Below are positions 40,701-52,700 of a DNA stretch of 64,000 nt, one piece after another. The stretch covers positions 6,119,929 to 6,183,928 of the forward strand of contig OZ037769.1 of the NCBI GenBank assembly GCA_964035545.1, written 5' to 3'. Within the stretch, counting starts at the first letter, position 1; every line of letters starts with the position of its first letter. A model generated the notes under the pieces. That model was given only the letters and a program-made list of their open reading frames with translations, was not told the DNA's origin and searched no databases. The DNA is from Bugula neritina. Taxonomy: Eukaryota > Animalia > Bryozoa. The position numbers were made by a program, and so were the translations under genes.

Positions 40701-43700
40701 AACTCAACAAGGTCACTATAGTAACACGTCTTTCAAACATGACAGTGTGAGTGGACGTAGACAAATGAGGAAATACAACTAAATGGTGGAAAGAAAATCT
40801 GTGCTAAAAAGACACAATCAGTCTGTTAAGAGGTGTTAGATTTTACAGACTGTGTTATAGCAGTTCACACTGTGCTACAGCTAGTCCAGTGCACGTTGAC
40901 ACTCTAAAACGTGAGTATTACATGAAACCAAACAAGTTCACCTGCTGTTGAAATGCTGCCAATGCCTTCTCCTCAGCCAAGTCAGCGACTGACTTGGGAC
41001 CCTAATTCAAGAAATTATGAGCATAAATGCCATGTAATTGGTACCTCAAAGGTAAAATAACTCCAACAAACCATCTATTATGTCATGTAAAGTTTGTGTT
41101 GAATATAGAGAAAAGCTCAGTTTTAAAATGAAGAGCATGTAGAAAGAGTAACGGATATTTATGAAAGAAATTATCTGAATTGATTCAATATGATGAGTGC
41201 TACATCAACAATATAAATCCACGCAGAGAATAATAAAATAATATGTGTATACTGAAGTTATAATTTTAACATCAACTTATAAACTTTGTGAAAGCAGGTG
41301 AGATACACTCTATCAGAGAAAGCTATACCAGAATTGGTTTCATCAATAATTTATCCTTCCAATTACGTACAAATCGTTTAACTCGTTCCCGTTTAGCCTA
41401 AACACAGGAAATACAAACAAAGGTCAAGGAGAGCCAGTTAATAATGATACAGGCGATCAGCAAATTGTCAGCTAGAGATACATTTTATCACAACACAACG
41501 ATTGTCAGAGCAAGGAAAGAAAGGGAACCAAACTCCTGCAATGGAAAGGTAATGGAGATAATGGGGGGATAATGGATATACAGACAGACAGACATGTTAG
41601 ATAACCAGACAGGAAGTCACGTCCTGACCGTGTACAATCCTCCGTAGTTTTGCTGACGTCGTTTCCTTTTAGGCCTACTTAGTAGACCAAATCCCACCTC
41701 ATCAAGAGATGTTAGTCTCGGGTGTAACTCAGTTCCCTTTTAATGACAGCATAACGAGTAGAAGCAGACGTCTGGCATCAATGTGACTCATGCTATGATA
41801 TGAAAACACACACTAGGAGTAATAACTTACTCTAGTCTGACCGATTTCTGCCAGCTGCTCATCGGTAAGTCGGGGCGGTCTCCAAGTGTCCTCAACTGCA
41901 CTTGTTTTAGCATCCTCGGGAAACAGCAGACGTACAAGTACAGAATTAGGCAGGAAACCTCTGGGGTCTGACGGGTAAACCAGCCGCTCATTGCCTGCGA
42001 GTCAACAAAATGAAACAAAATATTTCCAACTAGTTACCCTACACCAGCCTCCTAACAAGTTACCCTACACCAGCCTCCTAACTAGTTACCCTACACCAGC
42101 CTCCTAACTAGTTACCCTACACCAGCCTCCTAACTAGTTACCCTACACCAGCCTCCTAACTAGTTACCCTACACCAGCCCCCTAACTAGTTACCCTACAC
42201 CAGCCCTCTAACTAGTTACCCGACACCAGCCCCCCAACTAGTTACCCTACACCAGCCCCCTAACTAGTTACCCTACACCAGCCCCCTAACTAGTTACCCT
42301 ACACCAGCCCCCTAACTAGTTACCCTACACCAGCCCCCTGACTAGTTACCTTACACCAGCCCCCTAACTAGTTACCCTACACCAGCCCCCTAACTAGTTA
42401 CCCTACACCAGCCCCCTGACTAGTTACCTTACACCAGCCCCCTAACTAGTTACCCTACACCAGCCCCCTAACTAGTTACCCTACACCAGCCTCCTAACTA
42501 GTTACCCTACACCAGCCCCCTAACTAGTTACCCTACACCAGCCCTCTAACTAGTTACCCTACACCAGCCCCCTAACTAGTTACCCTACACCAGCCCCCTA
42601 ACTAGTTACCCTACACCAGCCCCCTAACTAGTTACCCTACACCAGCCTCCTAACTAGTTACCCTACACCAGCCCTCTAACTAGTTACCCTACACCAGCCC
42701 CCTAACTAGTTACCCTACACCAGCCCCCTAACTAGTTACCCTACACCAGCCCCCTAACTAGTTACCCTACACCAGCCCCCTAACTAGTTACCCTACACCA
42801 GCCTCCTAACTAGTTACCCTACACCAGCCCCCTAACTAGTTACCCTACACCAGCCTCCTAACTAGTTACCCTACACCAGCCCCTTAACTAGTTACCCGAC
42901 ACCAGCCCTCTAACTAGTTACCCTACACCAGCCCCCCAACTAGACTGATGACGTCATGATGCGCAGCTGACTGGCACAAAGTTTACTCTCTCAGTCTGAT
43001 GGGACATCAGAAATTTAATCACACATAGCATTTAACTGAATTCCATACTCTATTCTCTACTCCATATTCTATTATTATTCATTATATAATATACTCTATT
43101 ATATACTCCCTTCTATACTATATTATACTTCATTATATACTATATTCTATGCTATATACTCTTACTGAACTTGTTACTGACTGACATTGATCATAATTTG
43201 CTACTAGGCAAATCTACTCACTGTTGACTAAAGTAGAATAACTCAAGTTAGACAGCACATGTGACTAGATAAATATATCATCATGTCATTATTTCTCATA
43301 ATATACATTTTAGTATAGAAGTTATTAAAATCATGGTCATAAAATATGACAACTTGAAAACAGTCTTACAACTACCACATCCCTCCAACTCATATATACC
43401 ATATAATGTGATTGCTGTAATAGCGGTACCTGTCTCAAGTAAGTTTTTATCTTCTTCTATGTTATATCCAGTAGATTTGAGTAAATCACAAACTGGCACT
43501 GTGCCAGCTTTTTCTGCCGAAGGAAAGAATCCCTGATCTTCGTACTTCTGATACTCAGTCTCCACATCATCGTTCTTTTTAATGGCTGCCTTTGCCGAGT
43601 CAACAGGAAACTCATCTTCTCTGTACAACTGCAATACACATAAAATGATGACTTTATACAACTGCAGCACACAAAAAAAATAAATACAATTTTTTTAATT

Positions 43701-46700
43701 AAGGTGATTTTCATGACAGAATGAATAATTAGACATGCTAAAGAATCAAATGGTAAGTGCTTTAAAAAAATTATAGTTTTTGTTGCAAATGTATTAAAAT
43801 ATCTAGACTCACAAAAATTCATTAGAACAACGTTTTGATATGCAGTCATAACATTTGAAGGACTGAAACTTTCTAACTTGAGCTATTATCTGAAAATATT
43901 GATATTTTGGTTTATTGCTTACATTAAATTCAAGTCAAACTTATTCCAACCAACGCTTGAATTAATGGACTTGAACTTGACTTATTTAAAAGTTGTAACT
44001 CGACTTAACCAGTTCACGCAACATACATGACAAAAGTTTCTACATTTTCATTAATTTAGTTGATAAATGTACATTTTCATAATATGATAGTCACCAATAT
44101 TGTAAGCCCCTCCCACTTATTGTATCTATATAAACACTATGTTTTATATGATAATTCATTCAACCTAATAAACCAGTATATAATCGATCCCCATCTTTAT
44201 AAATGCCTACAAATTATTACAAATATACAAATGAAATACAACAAATTAAGACATTAAGATATACATTAAAAACAAAACAATGAGTATAAAACATCTTGCA
44301 TATGCTTGATACTTTCATCTTTTACCTCAACCTGGGGTCTGTCATAAAATATAGACAAATATTTGAGGAAAGCCTCGTTCTTCGTATAACGGTTACGAGG
44401 AGGCAGGTTCTTCACTCTGATCTCTCCACTCTTCAACTTGATAACATCTTCTTCCCTGTTTATCAGAGCTTCGTAAGCCTGTAACATGGCATTAGTTAAA
44501 CACTTGCTAACATTTGTTAAACACAACATGGCATTAGTTGATCATTTGATAACAGCAGGGGTAGGTATAGTAAACACAACAAAATACTGAGAGCACATGC
44601 AGTCCCTGCTAGCTGTTACTCAGCCTATACGTACGTCTGTTTTGGCTTTCTCCTCAGACGTCAGTAATTCTCTCTCCTGCTCTGTCAGCTCATCTGAATA
44701 TCTATCAAACCTGTAAGCTGGCCTTGATGTCTACAAAGAAAGATATATTTAATCAGTAAACTATATTTGATGTCTACAAATTAAAATATACTTAGTCAGT
44801 AGATCCCACTAACAATCTGTATGCAGAAAGGTAATGAGTAAATAATTCTCAAATTGCGACTTCATATACGAAAAACACATTAGACATGATTTTATGGTAA
44901 ATGTAAAAAGCACAAAAGCATTTTTATTAACAAAATTTAAAGGATTGCTGAGATAATGCCTTACTAGTGAGAGTATATTTTAAGAAATTGCTTTAAACAC
45001 AACTCTTACTTCAAAACATGCTTTGAGTTTCAATTTTTAAAATTTTAATAGTTTGTCAGAAATTCAAAGTAGTCAGCTGTTGAAACATTTTCTGCAATCA
45101 ACTCTCAATTGTCTTTTTATGCAGTCAAATATGAAGTTCTACTAGAAATGCATTTAGGTATATGATGTCTTTGATCCAATCACATGTAAATATAGCTTTA
45201 TTTTAAATATAGAATGTTTATCTCACGCATACCTGCAGACGTTTGAGATCTTTCTTGCTCAAGGTACTTAAGGCTTTCGGGTCAAACGGTATTCTATTCT
45301 CAGCAGTAATGGGTTTGAACCTCATTGTAATTTGCTTGAATTTGTACACTCTTGGCAACACTAGCAATGATAAAGAAAATGTATTAAATACACATCAAAA
45401 TAAAATATCTAAATCAATAAAAATTAAAAAAGTTAAACTAACGGATTTTTCTGCTCTTTTTCAGGAATACTAGATTCCTAATCAGCGATAAAAAATGATG
45501 TGATTGGCTGACATAACAATATAGTTACCACATACTGATTAATTTTTCCAATAAAAGGAAAAAAATAACTTTGATTTAGAATGTCTAAACTATACTAAAA
45601 GCATAGCTCTAAGTTCTTGATAAAAGAAAACGTAGTGGCTGGTTGCTTTGGCATCATATCATACTTTTTTCAAATTCCCATTTAATATGAAGTATATTGG
45701 TAAGTGGCCAAGTTAAAGGTAAAACTAGTAAACTAGTCATCTGTTGAATATCAGACCTAAAAATGAATATAAATTATCCTGAATACATTTACTAATATCT
45801 TACCACTATTTCATATCATATTATTTCATACAGGAAGTAAACTTACTGTCAACGGAGTCTATTTTATGGAGATTCTTTCCTACTCCGACTATCAGCGTTC
45901 CTTTGGAATCCACAAACTCTAAACTATGGGGAATAGCATTCAGCTTGAGTTGCCTACAAAGTGAAGACAACTTCATTGTACAAAATATCAGCTTAATACT
46001 CTTTATAACAACTATGTTGATTGAGCCACCTGTCTTTCCACAGCAGCGTTAAAGTACTGATTGTTGATTTTTTATGCCATGAATAATTCACATACATGTG
46101 TAATTAGATAAAAATGAAATATTAAAAGATAGCTTAGTTAGTACGAAATATAATTATTAGTAATTTAAACTAGCTTATTGTCAAGTTAATGATCTTAAGT
46201 TGATATTAATTGATATTTAAGCTAGTATTGCATTAGCAATATAGCTATATGTTTATTTATGAATAAAGACAAAATTGTTTTGTGCACAGCACACAAATTT
46301 CTATTATTATACTAATCGGTCCTTTTGAAGTTATCTCACCTCACAAGTTGGTTGGTGTCACTCCACACTCTCACTGTTCCATCCAGACTAGCTGACGCAA
46401 AGAGCTTCATTCGCTGACAGGCCGTGAGAGCGGTGATGGTATCAGTATGGTCAACTTCGGGAGAATGATCTTTTCTAGCTACAATCATAACAATACTATA
46501 CTAGCGAGTAGAGATCAATTGGCTGTAACGAGTAGATTGAGCATCATGTAAAAATTTCTTGCCAAAATTCTGTACTCTATTTTATACTCTATTCTATATT
46601 CTATTTTATACTTTATACTACGCTTTATTATATACTATATTCTATAATATATTCTACACTCTATAGTCTATACTATAATTTATTTTATACTATATTATAC

Positions 46701-49700
46701 GCTCTGTTTTACACTATATTCTATACTCTATTTTATACTAAATGCTATACTATATTATATAATAATTTCTATATATATTCTATAACATATATTCTATTCT
46801 CTATATTATACTTTATTTTACAATACATCTTAAACTATAGTAGGCCTATATAATCCATTTTACACTACATTACACTCTATTCTACACTTTATATTGTACT
46901 ATATTATATAATATATTCTATACTCCATTTTATACTTTATTATATACTCCATTCTACACTTCATTTTATCCCCTATTGTATGCTTTATTGTAGTTATGTC
47001 AGAAGATATATTTCACAATAACTTACCTTTGTTACCAATGTTGTAAACAACAACAGAGTATGTGGCAGAGGCGTGCTCATGGAACGCAACTCCCAATTTT
47101 CCCGTCATGATGCACATGTGGAGGGGGGTCTGGGAGCAGTAGAATGACATCATAGGAGACAGGGATTCGGCGGCGTACGGAAACAGCCGCCAAACTTTAA
47201 TCACATTATCTGTGAGACAATCAAAATATTATTATTTAGTTGTTTTTAAGAAGAATCCGACAGCAGCACTGCACTGCAGCAACTACTTTACATGGTTTGT
47301 AAATCTTTAGAGTACTATTGTGTATCGGAGATTATTAAAAAAACATAAAACTTGCCTTCAATTATAGAATACAGTCATATTAAAGTTAATAGGGGATGCA
47401 AATAAGAATTTAATAAATATAAATTATGAAAAGAGCGATCAATATGCATATATACAAAATACGCACTACATTATATTATCTATACTACTGTAATATATGG
47501 CTACCCGTGTAAGACGACATCTGTCTAGGTGTAAAATATAAAATATTATGATATAAAAAAATTTAATACAAAGAATTACCCCCTCTATAAAATTAATAGA
47601 TATTGAGAACTAAGGAGTTGCCCTCTCTATTAAATTAATATATATTAAGAACTAACAAATTGCCCTCTCTATTAAATCAATATATATTGAGAACTAGATA
47701 AACACGAGATTAATAAGAGTGGATATTATCAATAACCACATTGCATGAAAAAAACATTTCCATACATGTTTATTTAGTAGTTAGTATGAGAAGATTCATG
47801 CAGACGTTTGATAGCAAGGGAGGGAAGGAGAGATAGCAAATTTAGTCAATTATAGAATACCACAACAGAGCTAGTAGACTAAAAAATATTTTAAATAGAT
47901 GATAAAACTGCATGCAAATGGTTTCAATGCATTCAATACACAATTATTTTATTGTAGGATAAAATTAGCTGAAAGGAAATTAAGCAGGAAAGAGTAAATA
48001 ATATTAGAGAGTTATCATACCTCAAGGATTTGAAAATATTAAACTCATAATATGATAGTTTTGACCGAAAAAACAATTTTCAAAATGATCATATAATGTT
48101 ACAGTTTTGGTAAATGCTATCTGTAGAAAAGATCTGTAGAATCATAGAACTTTACCATCTATGAACCCAGGGTTTTAATTTAGCCATGTTGAAAAGAAAA
48201 GAAGCATTTTTACATTAGACTTGGAGGGGTGTGTCCATCAGTGAACAGTCCAAATGTTTAAAAATATAATTTATGCAGAAAATTTTTTTCAAACGTTGTC
48301 AATTGAGAAAAGAAAAGAGCATAAGTTGGAAATCAAGTTAGCTAAAGTCTAAATCTCATTTTGTAGAAAGGAAAGGAAAGCATGAGAAAAAATTTATAGA
48401 AACATACATACCATGACCAGCGGATATTAATAGATTTGGACGCTTATTTTCTGTGATAAATTAAAATGTTATTAATTGATGCAGCAATAGTAGGTGGAGC
48501 TAAACGATAACAAACTGTTATCCTTTGGTTAACAAGCAAACAAGAAAATAATTTACTTTAGGAGGCCATAAAACAGTAGTGACTTGACTGATTTTAAATC
48601 ATATTCTCACTACTAGCTAACAGTGAGTTAGTAGCGTGCTAATTTATATAGAACATGATTCCTTTGTAAACTTAAACTGACAACTCCTAACTCTGCTATA
48701 ACTTGATAAAACCAAAACCACAATGCCCACAGAAAGTAACAGAAACAAGCTCATTAAATCAAAAAGTTTACATGAACTGGCAATTACTTCTTCCTTTGAA
48801 TTTGCAGGAAACACGTGGTTGAAGTAGAATAAAAATAAATAATATGAAACTATGAGCAATAAGCCGTTATTCCTACCTCTGCCAGCCGAGACAACCTGAT
48901 CATCAGGAGAGTTGGCTATCATACTCAGCACTCCTTTGCTACCATGACCCTCTATCTCAAACTCTGTCTCACCAGTCTTCATGTTGAGCACACACAGGTA
49001 GCCATCTTTCCTGCCTGATTCAAACAGCACACTTTATATACACATTTTTTAATACTAAGCAATGAAATTTAGCCATTCTATTCTTTAAAAAGCCAACAAG
49101 TAGTTAAATGGCTTATTAAAATGATTAGCTTAAGCCCTGAGTGACAAATATTCAATGATATTTCTAATAATTGAACAATAATCATAGTGAAAATTTCGAT
49201 CAATTAAATTGGGTGAAAGATATTTCCTAAAATTTAAGGTAAACAATGCACAAGTAACACTATATTAGCCTTAAATCAAAAAGTATCAATATTCACATTT
49301 AAAGTTGTGCTTTGTTTTGTAAACATCTTTTTTAGCATTTTATTTCTATTAATAAGAATTTTCTAGCCACATGTAAAGGCTGAGAGAATAATAATGCAGA
49401 CAACTTAATCATGGTAAATATCGACATATAAAAGTTGCTATAGATGATTCTTACCTCCAAGTAGCAAAGTTCTATCCTGATTTTTGTTGACTGTAGGTTG
49501 GGGAGTGGATCTCCCAGACTCAACCTCCTCGTCATCATCCATCACGACCTCTAAATGTTTGGCAGCAAAGGCTCGGGCTATGTTCTTCCAAGGGTTGGTG
49601 CTCTGGTTACCGATGACGTACTCGTAGATGAGCAGATAGTTGCAGTAAACTGAAACACAAAAGAAACATTAAGCTAGCAAATGCTGATTGCAAACAAATG

Positions 49701-52700
49701 TATGAGGCACTGCAAAGTAACTGAAACAATAGAATGTTAACCTACAATGCAAGTAATTAAGAATATTGCTTATTAAAAAGTAAGTAATACCTTAACATAA
49801 GCATTCTCAATATAAATTACAATCATATTTATAACAAATAATGCGTTCAAAATAAAAGTGTCAAGTTCTAGAGCAAGCTTGATAGCATTAAATTTTCAAG
49901 AAAACAATATATTTAAAAATATTCATTCATGCAGTAGGCCTACTAGAATTTCATATACAGCTTAGCTATCTTCTACAAGTCTTGTATGCAACTTATTATT
50001 TTTCTAAATTTATTACAATACAAATTAAATACATGATCTAAATTTTCACTACTAAAAGCTAAGATATTATTGAATTCAAGTTTTTTCAATTCCAGTTTCT
50101 AGCAAAATAATATAAAAGTAGAAAAATAATATTGTGCAGACAGTTTTCGTCTGCATAAATTACTTATACATTCACAGATTATAATAATAAATGCACACTG
50201 CATGCTAGTAAGTAATTTTAATACATTTTGTTATATTTTTTAAAAATCAAGATATAGAACGATGCTTACGTTTCAACTCTGGAAAGCTCCATCTAGTGAG
50301 TATAGTTGCAGGGTTAGTACTAGTGCTGCACTTTAGTACATTTCCTCCCTCCAATGCCACAAATAACATTTCTACAAAGTAGCAACTGCTGTGAAAAATA
50401 CAGATAATTTAAACTACAATATAATCACCAATACTTTTTAGCAAAATCATCACCAAAACGCGCTTGGTAACACCAGATGATTGCTCATCTAAATACTAAT
50501 CAAGCTCAACTTTGATTGGATAAGAAAGTTCTGGTGTTTTCAACTTGATAAGACTGTAGATATAAAAAAAGTAAACTTATTTTACAATTTAAAGAACACA
50601 ACACGACTAACAGTTGATTGAAGAAATCTGCCAAATACTCTTCCACGAGTAAATATGTAAGTATATGCACAATATTTGCTTTAACAAAGTGCTATGAGGA
50701 TATTCTCATTGTATGCTAGTCACAGAGTCACTAGTGAGTTACTCCATGACATCTTATAGGCCGTCAAAAGAAGCTATGAGAATTAATGCATCCTATTTTA
50801 ATGTCTACTGCTCTTCTCTGATTCCTTAAGCTGAACAATATTATAGACCCGGGTGAGTTCTTAGGGAATAACAGGTGCTGAAAACTTTTTTAAAAACTAC
50901 AAATACCAATTAAGATTTACGCTCTATCTATTTTTTAAATTTTGCATATATTTTAGAAATTGAAACAGTTAAAAATTAATAACATTGATACATAATATCC
51001 CTGCATAATTAACTTAGTTATAAAAAGCAAAGGATATAATTTTTTTTAAATTAACTATAGTTTGCACTTCCCCAGTATACTAAAACTATCTACTGTAACA
51101 AACATTCTATTTGAGTGGGCTATAGGGCACGTTCGGTTTCTTGATAAGGAAAAACTTATAATATACGAATAGCTAACCCCCCCCCTCTTACTGTCACCTC
51201 TAGTACCTTGCACACAAACAACTAACCAGCATATTTGTTTACATACAACTAAATTATTACTTCTAAAGGCAATGACTATAAATTAGACAACCAATTAATC
51301 AAATACGTAACTTGGAAGAAGAAATTATAACTAGAAACATGGTTAGCCACCAGTTCCTTACCGTCAGCTATTGAGTACGCCACATCAACTATAACCTCAG
51401 TTTGTGGATCCAGAAGAAGTGTGGTCATCACTTCGCCATTGAATGGGCACATGATTCTCACAGTAGAGTCTTTACAAATGACAACAGCTCTGGTCGGGAA
51501 ATTTGGGTGAACGGTGCATTTCACTGAACTTACTTGGTATCTGTAATCACAGCATTATCAAATATAGACTAAGAATGTGATTATTTGAATACAGCAGGTA
51601 ATTTTTAATAATATAAACCACTCAGGCGTTTTTTATTTGTTCTTAAATTTGTAAATTTAAAAATGAATATAGGAAACATAACTTTAATAATTCAAGATAG
51701 CCATAACTTTGTGAAAACATTTATAACCAGAATTTGTGGTATATTTACTACTAACTACTACCCGTTTCTTGTATGTAATATAGATTTGCGTTCTTTTTTT
51801 TTAAACTGCTTTTTAAATTCAAAAATAAATTGTTTCAAAAATGTATAATTTTATTTCCATACAATTTAATGAGCCCTTCAAAATATTCTAATCAAAGTAC
51901 TGTTTGCCAGAGTAGATCAGCTATTTGTCATTTACTGATAGCACCTGCAAGATTTCTCCACGTAATCATATTGTTCTGCAAGTTGTGCTTTGTGCACAGG
52001 AAACAAATATAAAGCAGATAGAAGTTATTAGACACTTTATAACCTCTACATGTGCCCAAATAGCATAGCCTGAGCTCACCCGACTATAGTGTGCACACGG
52101 TGAAGGTCATCCACAGTCCACAGATGAAGCACATGATCAGAGTGAGTGCAGAAGTTTGTGTTTCCAAGGCTGGTGAATATTCCAATGGCATTATCATCCA
52201 GTTCTTGCCTAAAGAGAGAAAAAAAGGTAAGAAATTCAACAAATTAAACATGGTGTGCCAGTAGTTGAAGTATCAATAAAAAAATAGAAGTTGTCATTCC
52301 TTCAACAATTTCATCCAGTCAGCACAAAACACACTCTTTGCTGGCACTTTACACAAGACTTAGAGTAACTGTAGGATATTTATGGCAGCTGATCCTGTCA
52401 AAGTACTAAAATAATCATCAGAGAGGGGGGATTTCTCGTACCCACAACAAACAGCTATTTAACTGAGCACTGCAGGCAAATTACTAGAAAACCCAGCTTC
52501 TCTTATATTGTTATAGTTTTCAGATTTAGGGTTGATGTGCCACCAAGAGAGTCTATTTAACACTAGAGAAACTTCACCAGTTAAGTCGAGTAGATATCGT
52601 TATATTTAATACAAGAATACATAATAAAAATCCAATGTACAACAGTAATGATACGCACGTCTATTTAGTTTACAGCACTATCCTCGACTGAGCTAGTAGC

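Noticed and set aside
42029-42943. Regular 26-bp array (and the 23-bp and 38-bp arrays) resembling CRISPR
   Set aside because: Head-to-tail units without unique spacers, no cas genes, eukaryotic intronic context
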